From: Hydrolagus colliei
Taxonomy: Eukaryota
Assembly (NCBI GenBank): GCA_035084275.1
Contig: CM068769.1
Span: 1,922,001 to 1,986,000, forward strand
Reading direction: 5' to 3'
Length of the DNA: 64,000 nt
Of the stretch, positions 37,454 to 49,260 are shown piece after piece. The first letter of the stretch is position 1. Each line of letters opens with the position of its first letter. The notes under the pieces were generated by a model. The model searched no databases and was not told the DNA's origin. It was given only the letters and a program-made list of their open reading frames with translations. The position numbers were made by a program, and so were the translations under genes.

Positions 37454-38923
37454 CAAAATACACAGTCGCTGGATATTTCAGAAAATACACAAAATTTCTT
37501 GGAGAACTCCTCCTGTTTTGTTCAAAACATTATTTTCTAGATAAAAAGCAAGGAGATCTGTAAAAGTGAAATAAAGTGTAGGAACACATAGCTGCATTGA
37601 CACTGACGCAGCATAGTTCACAATGGCATAGAGTATTTCGTCAAGGATATTCACCAGACCATTGTAATGTTATGTAATGTTCATTAGCTTTTCCAATGTA
37701 ATAACGTAAGATTGTTTTTCAAATATTTGAATTTACTTAATTCCATTTAAGACGGATTGCTGGATAGAATAATCTGATACATTATCTTCTAAGCCTAACA
37801 ATCTTCCAATTAATGGAATTATGAATCTCCATCAAATAAGGGAAAACCCACAAATGTGCACATACAACTAAATGTAATTTAGCTCTAGTGCTACATTGAT
37901 AAGTCTCTCACAGTGTTGGGATTTCCGATCACGAGGTTCAATCCAATATGGTGTATTAAAGGTGATTATAAATAGAGTGAGTACAAGACGCGTTAAGTTT
38001 TACAACATAGATGTCCACCGAATTATACTGCCAGTTGTGGCCGTCAGCCACATTCTCATCAACTCTGGATATGTCGACCTTCATGTCTATCGCTCCGTTC
38101 TTCTTCTTCTACATGTTCTTCATCCAGCTTTTCTTACTTCTTTTCTGCCTTAAACAACCTGCTCATTCATTGGGCTTTTTGAGAATAGCTTGCTTTTGTT
38201 TGATAGAGTTTGTTGAATTGTCAGTGCAGTATAAACGAATCTACCACATACCAACCCATATCTTGTACCGTTACCTCTATGGAAATGTGTGCTCTCCGGT
38301 GATCATAGAGAAGTCCTCACTTCTCTATGAAGCTGATCCTTTCTAAGGCTCCCGTTATTCCCTCCAACCACAGAGAACCAGATTTTCTTTGTCCCATGAC
38401 TGTCTGTAGTTTATGCATTTTATAATTATCCGTTACTTACTCGATTTTATTTACGCTATCATTTATTTATTCTAGCAATAGTAATAGAGGGTTGAAGAGG
38501 TAGAGCGATAAGGTAGAGCAGCACAAATTTTTGAGAGCTGGTAGAAACGTGATGTGCCAAAGAGACTCATTGATGCGGTACATTTCTGTAATTCTGTGAA
38601 TGTCTCAGGTAAAAATCAGCGAACAGAGTAAAGTACATTCTGCCAAGTTCTACAACGTTTCTATTATATAACGTTCATTACTTGGTATATTGTTGAATTT
38701 AGTTACGGTGTGGAATCCCGTTGTCTGTTGGTTCAAATAAGTATTTAAGATATGGGCCAAACATTTAAGATTTCACCAAGCTATTCATAACCTGATCTCC
38801 TAAGAAAAATAAAGTATATTGCGCTCCATATACGAATATTATAGAAATACCGATATAAGTTCAGTACTTTTTCCGACACGCTGAATAGTTGAAATTCCAA
38901 ATATTGATTTTGGGAAGACATAC

Positions 38924-39026
38924 CTGGAACACCAATAACAGCCAGAATAGGATAATAAATATACATTATCTGGAAGATTGTGACCGGTTGATACACCTTC
39001 TCTGAATAAGTATGATATCTCTTCAT
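38924..39026 (-). CDS. GPCR exon 1
   Basis: MKRYHTYSEKVYQPVTIFQIMYIYYPILAVIGVP+G|GTATGT, phase 1, joins exon 2 as IGVPVNII. Confidence 0.85.
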
Positions 39027-40139
39027 CGTGCGTTTACAATAGGGTGGACCGACAATAAGGAATTAGAAATTTTCTGATTTATACGAGATGGAAGTAACAG
39101 GTGCCATAATTCCCAGCACATATCATGTAACTACCTCACCAACATAATCCCCAGTTAATTGAACACAACTGTCCTGAGGGTGAATGTACAAACAGGCTTT
39201 CGATGGATCCTAGATGAAGCGCTTAGAAATGGAATAATAACGTCACTTCAATCCTCTGTGGTGATCTTCGTTAGCTTGCTGCTCAGCCAGGCACACATGC
39301 AATTCTCCAGGCCAATGTTTAATTAATAGAATTCTTCAACTGTAATTAATGCGATAGAAACCACAGTGGTACGACAACAATGTCTCACTACTTTCATTTT
39401 CAATGCATCAAATTGACAATATGAATAGTCGTTGAAATTTCCAAAGCTGTGTTTCATGCTCGTCGTGTCTCAAAGTTTAATAGTGGATACATTATCAAAT
39501 TTTGTTAATTATTGTGGCAAGTATTTTTCAATTTGCAAATTTGACTGCAGTGTCAATTGCCCACATTGCATTTCTCGAAAAGTGACGTTCTGAATTCCCA
39601 TAAACAACGAGACCTAATAATATTACAACTTAAAAGTTCACGTTGTCTAAGCTCCCGTACTCCACCCGTGCCACCTCGCTCTCCAAGGATAACAGCAATA
39701 AAATAATATTGGTGTAACTACTTTCCCAAAGTTTAGATGTCCCATAACAGACGTAACTTTGCTTTGAACTTTACATTTTAGTGATTGTCAGTGAGTCGGC
39801 AGCTGTGAGGGTGCTCTGCCCTACTTATATCGGATTTCTTACTACACTATGTTTTTTTAAATAAATATATCAATAAAGAAAGATGATGTCTAGTTACATT
39901 TTCAAATGATTGAAGATTCCTGCCATAGAGTTTCACAGCTTGACGTCAAGCTTGATATCGTTAGTACTTTTCCAAATCTTCTGTTTGATTGATAAATGTT
40001 CAATCGGTTACCGCGCATGAATTACAAGCCAGAAACCTGGCTTCAGTTCTATGCTAGGAGAAAACGTGGGGCAGTTTCCTTACTCCACCTAACTGACAAC
40101 AACCTACCAAATACAAATAAATATTAAAAAATTGTTCAT

Positions 40140-42390
40140 TTGGTAGTATATAGAATTTTACGGCAAAGAATGAGCCATTCGTCCCATCTAGACTGTGCCT
40201 TCTCTTTGAAAAGAGCAACTCAATCCCATTGCCCAGCTGTCTCCTCATAACCAAAAGACATGTTCTCCCTAAATAAAGATCTTATTCTCTTTAAAAGCTG
40301 TTGTCGAATCAGTTTCCACTACCATTTCAGGCAATACTTTCCTGATTCGAACAACCCGCTGAGTGAAAAAAAATACTCCTCGGCTCCCCTCTGCTTAGTT
40401 TTGAAACTATGTCAAGTCTGTGACCACGAGTCACAGATTCGCCAAACAGTGGATACAGTTTTTCCATATGCACCCGGACGAATCTTGTCATGATTTTATG
40501 AATCTGTGTTGGGTCTCCTCTCAACTTACTTTGTTCCAAAGAGAAAAAAACTATCTTATCTACTGTAGGGAACGGCGATATGGGATTTTTCCGAATATGG
40601 ATATATCGGTTTGCTCATAGCTGCTTAAACCGATCTATTGAGTTTTTATACTGCGCATGCGCGTGCATTCGAAGTGCGCATGCATTGATGGCGCGCGCGC
40701 ATTTATGGTGCGCGCTCAGTCGCGGTGCTCCTCTCTCCTCTATCCCTCCCTCCCTCCCCTCGCTCATTCTCTCCCTCTTTTGCCCTCGCTACTTCTCTCC
40801 CTCCTTTCCCTCTCTCCTTCTCTCCCTCCTTCTCCTCTCTTCCTCTCTCCTTCTCTCCCAACTTTCCCCATCTCCCTCCCTCCCCTCTCTCCTTCTCTCC
40901 CTCCTTTCCCCTCGCTCCATCTCTCCCTCCTTTCCCCCTCTCCTTCTCTCCCTCCCTCCCTCTCCTCTCTTCCTCTCTCCTTCTCTCCCTCCTTTATCCT
41001 CGCTCCCTCTCTCCCTCCTTTCACCCTCTCCTTCTCTCCCTCCCGCTTCCCTCTTCCTCTCTCCTTCTCTCCCAACTTTCCCCCTCTCCTTCTCTCCCTC
41101 CCTCCCTCCCCTCTCTCCTACCCTCCCTCCTTTCCCCTCGCTGCTTCTCTCCCTCCTATCACCCTCTCATTCTCTCCCTCCCTCTCCTCTCTTCCTCACT
41201 CCTTCTCTCCCAACTTTCCCCCTCTCCTTCCCTCCCTCCATCTCTAAACACAAAATAGAACACACATACACCAAAAACAAAATCTAGAGATTTATTCTCC
41301 TCCATTAATTGCTTGAAACTAGCATGTAATGTCCAAATGTAAATTAGATATATTACAATAGAAAAGAGAGAGACAGACAGACTGACTGTTAGAGTTAGAA
41401 GCCACATTATCACTTCTTCTATGTGTGTGTCTAGTCAGACACATAGAAGCAGTGATAATCTGGCTTCTAACTCTCTCACACAAAAAATAACACTTACAGC
41501 CACAAAATGCCACTTATTTTTGTGTAGTGTGAAGTCTGAATTAATATCCTTCGCCATTGGCAATCTCTCCTTTGCTATGCAAAAAGTGACAGCGTTCGTG
41601 CTATTTGCCACTTTTTGCCCCTCTCTGGTACAATGTTCTCCTCTTAAATAAAGCAGGAATTGTTTGAGCTGCACTGGCCTCACTACCAGTCGCTTTCTCC
41701 GAAGCGCTGGTTCGACTTCCTGCTGTTGTCGGCAATAATTTCGCTCTGAGGGCAGCGTGCTGGGCGGGGTGGTGCTGCTTGATGTGTTGTCGCAGGCTGC
41801 TCGCGCTCGAATCAGATGTCTTAACCAAGACCTTGCAAACTGTACATCTATACACACCATTACTGACTGCATTGTTTTCAAAGTAGTCCGATACGGGGTT
41901 TCTTTTCCCCATGGTGAGAAAGGTAAATTTTCAAACTACAATTTTCAGCGATGCGAATTTGTTAAGACGCCACGACTCACGTCGAGTACACACAGTAAAG
42001 TGTGCGCGCGCATCGGATGTGCGCGCCCGTTAATTGTGCGCGCGCACCGAATGTACGCGCATTCCATGCTCTAGGTCTAGGAGGTTGCAATGCCGGCGAC
42101 AAGGTAAGCTAGAAAGCTCGCATTACACTGATAATACCAAAAATATTGATATATTGCCAGGAACGATATTAAAAATATAACGATGTATAATTTTTAAAAT
42201 CAAATGTCTCGATATAACGGTTTTTTTAGAATCACCATATCGGCATAACGATCTGAAAATCATATCGGGTTGAATCGAAAATCGATACATCGCCGTTCCC
42301 TATTATCTAGCATTTCCGCATAACTGAAGTCCCTCAATCCTGGTACCATTCCAGTAAAACGTCTTTGCACGATTTCCAATGCATTAATGT
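40140..42390 (-). mobile_element. Old CR1 3' fragment interrupted by the second hAT copy
   Basis: Tail-proximal gagccattcg...ttgaaaagagc at 40140-40220; CR1 sequence resumes after 42302 (ctgaagtccctcaatcctgg). Confidence 0.75.
40566..42302 (-). mobile_element. Second BED-finger hAT derivative, inverted relative to 35119-37453
   Basis: Same TIRs; ORF 41601-41912 MGKRNPVSDYFENNAVSNGVYRCTVC...HIKQHH; internal CT-rich array; near-TSD ttatctac/ttatctag. Confidence 0.9.
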
Positions 42391-42401
42391 CCTTTCTATT
42401 A

Positions 42402-43390
42402 GGGGGACAGCAGAGGAGAGGGAGAGCGGGGAGAGGGAGGCAATGAAAGAAGAGGGAGAGAAATCAAACGAGGGGAGAGAACAGGAGGGAAGGAGACAAG
42501 GGAGAGTGGGGAAAAACGGGAGGAGGTGGGGGTCAAGCCAGTAGTTAAGGAGGGGAAAACCCTGGGGCAACAGTTCAGGTCGAAATCCGTGGGGGGTTTC
42601 AGCGAGGCCATTGCGGGAAGCCTTTTTGGGGGGGAGAGAAGGCAGTTACTGGCGGTGGGAAGCCATGTTGGGGGGGAGAGAAGCGGGGAGGCAGCAACGG
42701 CGGGAAGCCGAGTGGCCGTGGTAGGAAGCAGTGGGGATAAGGAGACAAGGCCTAACCCGGCGACGGGAAGCCGTGCGACCGTGGTGGGAAGCCGTGTGGG
42801 TGTGGATAAGGAGACAAGGCCTATACCGGCGACGGGAAGCCGTGCGGCCGTGGTGGGAGGCCTTGGGGACAAGGAGACAAGGCCTATACCGGCGACGGGA
42901 AGCCGTGTGGCCGTGGTGGGAGGCCGTGTGGCCGTGGTGGGAGGCCGTGGGGATAAGGAGTCAAGACCTATCCCGGAGACGGGAAGCCGTAAGGCCGGGG
43001 TGGGAGGCCGTGTGGGTAAGTAGACAAGGCCTCTACCGGCGGCGGGAAGCTGTAGTGGGGGGGAGAAAAGCGGGGAGGCGGCTAAGACAGGAATCCGTGA
43101 GGGGGGGGGGGGCGGAGAGAAACGGGGAGGCACCAGCGGCGGGGAAACGAGACAAGACCGGTACCGGCGGCGGGAAGATGTAACGCGGTGAGGCCGGGGT
43201 GGGTAACCGGGAGCCAGGAGCAAGTGGTCGGGAGTTAGCGGCGGGAAGCCGGAAAGAAGGCCGATGCGTAATGTCACGGGAAAAAGGACTTAGGCGATTT
43301 AGATGTCACGGGGCAGTTTTAAAAAACAAATCTATATATTTTTAACAAAAAAATAAATATATTTGTTTTAAAAAAAAAACCAAAAAAATG
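42402..43390 (+). repeat. Partial duplicate of the Tx1 5' G-rich repeat block, ending in an A-rich tail
   Basis: Matches about 43733-44870; diverges after ggaaagaag at about 43259; A/T-rich tail 43315-43388. Confidence 0.75.
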
Positions 43391-46300
43391 CGAGAGCCTT
43401 AATGGAGCAGAGAGCCAGCCAGAGTGATCTACGGACGGAGTGAGTATTGGTTTGTTTGTGGTGGACGCGGCAGGTGAGATTGGTTTGAATTATTGTTTAT
43501 TTTGGGGCTAAGAGAGAGTAGGTGGTTTTGTTGGGTTTGTTGCGGTGTGGGGGGTTGTTTCCCTTCTTCCTTCTTCCTGGCGAGGGGCTTTGGGCCCGGC
43601 CATGGGAAAAAAGAACAAGGAAATGAAGGGAAAAAACAGAGGGGGGGGGGCGAGAGCAGTTTGGAAAAAGGAGAGGCAATGGAGAACTCTAGTGGGAGAG
43701 TGCAGAAGGAGAGAACAGAGAGCAGAGAGAAGGGGGACAGCAGGGGAGAGGGAGAGAGGGGAGAGGGAGGCAATGAAAGCAGAGGGAGAGAAATCAAACG
43801 AGGGGAGAGAACAGGAGGGAAGGAGGCAAGGGAGAGTGGGGAAAAAGGGGAGGAGGTGGGGGTCAAACCGGTAGTTAAGGAGGGGAAAACCCTGGGGCAA
43901 CAGGTCAGGTCGAAATCCGTGGGGGATTTCAGCGAGGCCGTTGCGGGAAGCCTGTTTGGGGAGGAGAGAAGGCAGTTACTGGCGGTGGGAAGCCATGTTG
44001 GGGGGGAGAGAAGCGGGGAGGCAGCAACGGCGGGAAGCCGAGTGGCCGTGGTAGGAAGCAGTGGGGATAAGGCGACAAGGCCTATCCCGGCAACGGGAAG
44101 CCGTGCGACCGTGGTGGGAGGCCGTGTGGGTGTGGATAAGGAGACAAGGCCTATACCGGCGACGGGAAGCCGTGCGGCCGTGGTGGGAGGCCGTGGGGAC
44201 AAGGAGACAAGGCCTATACCGGCGACAGGAAGCCGTGTGGCCGTGGTGGCAGGCCGTGGGGATAAGGAGTCAATGCCAACCCCGGCGACGGGAAGCCGTA
44301 GGGCCGGGGTGGGAGGCGGTGTGAGACAAGGCCTCTACCGGCGGCGGGAAGCTGTAGTGGGGGGGAGAGAAGCGGGGAGGCGGCTAAGGCAGGAAGCCGT
44401 GAGGTTGGGTGGGGGGGGGTGGGGCGGAGAGAAACGGGGAGGCAGCAGCGGCGGGAAGCCGGGGGGGAAACGAGACAAGACCGGTACCGGCGGCGGGAAG
44501 ACGTGTGGCCGTGGTGGGAGGCCGTGGGGATAAGGAGTCAATGCCAACCCCGGCGACGGGAAGCCGTAGGGCCGGGGTGGGAGGCCGTGTGGGTAAGGAG
44601 ACAAGGCCTCTACCGGCGGCGGGAAGCTGTAGTGGGGGGGAGAGAAGCGGGGAGGCGGCTAAGGCAGGAAGCCGTGAGGTGGGGGGGGGGGGGGGGGCGG
44701 AAAGAAACGGGGAGGCAGCAGCGGCGGGAAGCCGGGGGGGAATCGAGACAAGACCGGTACCGGCGGCGGGAAGACGTAACGCGGTGGCAGGAAGCGGTGA
44801 GGCCGGGGTGGGTAACCGGGAGCCAGGAGCAAGAGGTCGGGAGGTAGCGGCGGGAAGCCGGAAAGAAGAAAATGAAATTTGTGAGGCCACGGCGGGAAGC
44901 TGTGAGAGACAAACGAGCGGAACCGTGGAGGTAAGCCACGAAACCACGGGGGTTCCCGGGAGGCTGCACAGGCAGGAGTAGGGACAAAAAAAGGCGCGGA
45001 GAGCGAAGCGAGGAAGACTGAGAGGGAAGAGAAGACTAGAGACGGAGAGACCAGGGAGAGCAGAGGGGGGAGAACCCCCAGCACCGAGGCCGGAGGAGAG
45101 GCAGGGAAGAAAGAGCCCAGCCCCCCGGAAATGACGGAGGCGGGGAAAAAGAAGGCAGGAGAGGGAGGACCTGAAGTAGTAGCTCCCCCTAGTGGGGAGA
45201 AGGCTTCCACAAGTCAGGGAAAGGCAGGCCCCATATCTTATGCATCGGCGGTGGCGGCAAAAAAGGGGGACCGTAAGGAAGACCCAAAGGGGAAAGACGC
45301 CAAAAGGGAAAAAAAAGGAAGCGGAGGTATATATCAAAGACACGGTACTCTTTCGGGTAAAGGAGAACAATAAAATGGATAGAAAAACCTTTATACGGGA
45401 AGTACTGATCAAAATATGCGGAAGCACCAAGGAAAAAATGAGGTGCGTTTACGAGGACGGGGAAAGGAGAAGGTACGAGGTCACATGGATCTCTTACGAC
45501 GAGGCAGTGAAACTGAAAACAGTGGCACTCCAGAACCAATGGAATGAACTGATGTCAGCTTATGAGGTCACAACGGCATTCCAGGAAAGACAGAGGCAGG
45601 AGAGGAGAGCCGTGGTAAGAATGAGTGACCCGCAAGTGCCGGCGTCCGAAATAAGGGTATATCTGAAAAGGCAATGTGAGGAGATCCAGTCGATCTCCGA
45701 AATACTGGAAGACGGGATCTGGACATCCGAATGGAAAGTCCTTTTGAAGTTGGGGAAGAAAGGAGAGGGTAATGTAGTACATATCCCCTCCCGTTTCACT
45801 ATTGGGAGTTTCAGGGGAACTATTTTTTACCCAGGACAACCCCGAGCATGCCTAAGATGTGGGCAAGTGGGGCATTATGTGGCAGCCTGCACACAAACAA
45901 TGTGCTGGAACTGCAAGGGACTGGGACATGTGGGAAAGGAGTGCACGTTGGGTAATAGATGTGACCTATGTGGAGAAATAGGTCACCTCTACCGCACGTG
46001 CCCATAAAGAAGTGGGTTTAAAATAACGCAAAGCCGGGAGGTTGGGAGACAGGAAGGGAGAATGGAGTCGGGGGAAGGGAAAGTACAGGACGAGGAACTG
46101 GGTGGGGAAGTTTTGGGGGTGGTAGAGATACCTTTGGAGAGGAGGGAGTGTGAGTCAGGACGCACCAGTGGGGAGGAAATGGACACTTTGGACAATTCCA
46201 AACGGGACAGAGAAACCTGGCAGGTAGCCGGGAAAAGTAGACGGAAAAAAAAGGGGATACAACTCAAAAGAAGCGGCTATGATAGTGATAGTGACAGAGG

Positions 46301-47128
46301 AAAGAGGAGGGAGAAAGGAGGGGGAAAGGAGGAAGGAACCCCTGCCCCCAAAAAGGCAGCTGATGGAGGTGGTGGAGGTAGTGGAAAAAACCTCAAAGAA
46401 AGAGACTAAAGAGACAGCAAAAGGAGAAGAACTTGGGAGGACTCCTGAACCTGAACCAGAATCAGGGAAGACACCGGAGGAGACGAAAAAGAGGACCAAC
46501 AACCCAACCAAGACGCGAAACAACCCCGGAGGAAATGGAGAGGAAAATGGACTGGAGCAGACGGAAGACGGGGGAAACGGGCGAGTATAAACAATGTAAA
46601 TGGCACTGCGGATAGGTTCCCTGAAAGTTAGAGCGTTAAAAATTCCAAGCGCTGCGTAGCGACGCTTCAGTGCCTGTCCAGAGTCAAGGCCGATATTCTG
46701 TTTCTGCAGGAGTGCTGGATTCCACACTCCAACAGTTACAGAACTTGGGCAAAGTGGTGGGACCCCTACGGACCCTCTGTGTGGTCAGGGGGAAATGACA
46801 CCCAGACATCGGGTGTGGCGGTCCTACTGAGAGGGAAAAACCTCACCATCACCGACTATAAGGAGGTGGTGGGGGGCAGAATCCTTGTGGTGGATGTGAC
46901 GTACAATGAAGCCCCGATTAGGCTCATTAATGTATACGCTCCATCAAAGAGTAAGGACCAGGTGGCCCTTTTCCGGATGCTACCTCCCTGGCTGCTTACA
47001 CCCAAACCAGTCATCCTGGGAGGAGATTTTAATTGTATTCTGGAGAGAGACGGGAGATCAACCAGATCTGATGGGGAGTTAGGGGCTGCGTCCAAGGTGC
47101 TCCAAAAATTGGTTGCAGATGGACGTTT
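43390..47128 (+). mobile_element. Tx1/L1-clade non-LTR retrotransposon, 3'-truncated
   Basis: ORF1 with SYASAVA and three CCHC knuckles (CLRC..H..C, CWNC..H..C, CDLC..H..C, ending at 46007); ORF2 APE endonuclease ADILFLQE, GVAVL, LINVYAP, ILGGDFN (46600-47128); no RT. Confidence 0.88.
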
Positions 47129-47886
47129 GAACAACTCGCTGAGTGAAAAAATTTCTCCTCAGCTACCCTCTACTACGCCTTGAAACTATTTTAAATCTGT
47201 GACCACGAGTCACAGATTCACCCACGAGTGGAAATAGTTTTTCTCTATTTGCCCTGTCGAAACCCCTCATGATCTTATAAACCTCTATTAGGTCTCCCCT
47301 CAATCTTCTCTGCTCCAGAGAGAATAACCCTAGCCTATCTAGCCTCTCCTCATAGCTGAAGTCCCTCAATCCTGGCACCATCCTAGTAAATCTTCGTTGT
47401 ACCCTTTCCAATGCCTTCACATCCTTTCTGTAGTGTGGTGACCAGAATTGAACACAGTATTCCAGCTGAGGCCTCACCAAAGTCCTATAGAGGTTAGTCA
47501 GCACTTCCTGACTTTTGTACTCTATACCCCTATTTATAAAGCCTAGTATCCCATATGCCTTCTTAACAGCCTTGTCTACCTGTCCTGCCACCTTCAACGA
47601 GTCACTAACACAAATCCCCAGGTCTCTCTGTTCCTTCACACCATTTAAAATTGTACTATCTAGCCTATATTGCCTCCCTTCATTTCTTCTCCCAAAATGC
47701 ATCACCTCACACTTCTCTGCATTAAACTTCATCTGCCATGTGTCTGCCCACTTTACCAATTTGTCTATATCCTCTTGCAGATGGCTACTATCCTCCTCAC
47801 TGTTTACTATTCTCCCTAACTTAGTGTCATCTGCAAACTTGGAAACTGTACTCCGTACATCCAAGTCCAGATCATTGATGTAGATT
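47129..47886 (-). mobile_element. Young CR1 RT segment, about 99% identical to 21009-21766
   Basis: Colinear at constant offset 26120; about five substitutions seen; SHLQEDID retains the codon that is a stop in the other copy. Confidence 0.95.
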
Positions 47887-48355
47887 CTATGATTCTATGA
47901 TTCTATGATTCTATGATTCTATGATTCTATGATTCTATGATTCTATGATTCTATGATTCTATGATTCTATGATTCTATGATTCTATGATTCTATGATTCT
48001 ATGATTCTATGATTCTATGATTCTATGATTCTATGATTCTATGATTCTATGATTCTATGATTCTATGATTCTATGATTCTATGATTCTATGATTCTATGA
48101 TTCTATGATTCTATGATTCTATGATTCTATGATTCTATGATTCTATGATTCTATGATTCTATGATTCTATGATTCTATGATTCTATGATTCTATGATTCT
48201 ATGATTCTATGATTCTATGATTCTATGATTCTATGATTCTATGATTCTATGATTCTATGATTCTATGATTCTATGATTCTATGATTCTATGATTCTATGA
48301 TTCTATGATTCTATGAATCTATGATTCTATGATTCTATGATTCTATGATTCTATG
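47883..48355 (+). repeat. (GATTCTAT)n array, about 59 units, CR1-tail type, in plus orientation
   Basis: Near-perfect octamer repeat with one gaatctat variant. Confidence 0.95.
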
Positions 48356-49260
48356 TCAGTGTACGCATCCGAGGATGTAACCTCGTGAATCTACGCTGCA
48401 CCCCCTCCGATGCAAGTCTGTCCTTCATTAAATAAGGAGACCAAAACTGCACGCAATACTATAGGTGCGGTCTCACCAAACCCTATATGGTTACAGCAAG
48501 ACATTCCTACTCTTGTATTCAAAACCTTTTGCAATGAATGCTAACTTAGCATCTGCCTTCTCAGTTGCTTGCTGCACATGCTAACTCGGTTTCTGAGCCT
48601 GTTTTTCAAGGACACCCAATTCCCTTTGTACACTAACACTATCTAGAGAATATATATATATTTTTTTTTGCGACCTATGTGAATAATTTCAAAGCTCCCC
48701 ACATTAACTTATATGTGCCACCTACTCACGCACTCCACTAGCCTACCTATATCCCATTGCTATATTTTTGCATCATCCTCATTGCTCACACTTGTACCTA
48801 GTTTTGTGTCATCCGCAAAATTAGACACGTTACATTCAATATCCTCGTCAAGATCATTGATGTAAATTGTAAATAACTGAGATCCAAGCAGTGAGCCTTG
48901 TGGCATTCCTCTATTTACATCCAGCCAATTCCAGAATGACCCAGTTTTATCCCTGCTCTCTGTTTTCTACCCCTTACCCACTCTTCTACCCATCCTAACA
49001 TGTTCTCATTCATCCCGTGGGCCTTGACGTTGTGCAATAGCGTTTTGTGTGGCACTTTCTCAGATGCCTACTTAACATCTAAATATGCAACATCTACTGG
49101 TTCCCCACTATCCAACCTGCGAGATACATCTTCACAAAACTGAAAAAAATTAGTTAATCGTGACGTCCATTTTGTAAAGCCATGCTCACTGAATTTAACC
49201 CTGTTATCGGTTTCCAGGTATCCCATAGCGACGATTTTTAACAAAGCCTCACGAATTTTC
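48356..49260 (-). mobile_element. Old degraded CR1 RT fragment
   Basis: GEPVDVAYLD, tccgcaaaatt (FAD), ggagaccaaaactgcacgcaatact. Confidence 0.75.

Noticed and set aside
37896-38346. Short hydrophobic ORFs in the GPCR intron
   Set aside because: No recognisable domain, splice structure or start context
47883-48355. Regular repeat array resembling a CRISPR or telomere
   Set aside because: No spacers; it is the octamer tail of CR1 in a vertebrate genome
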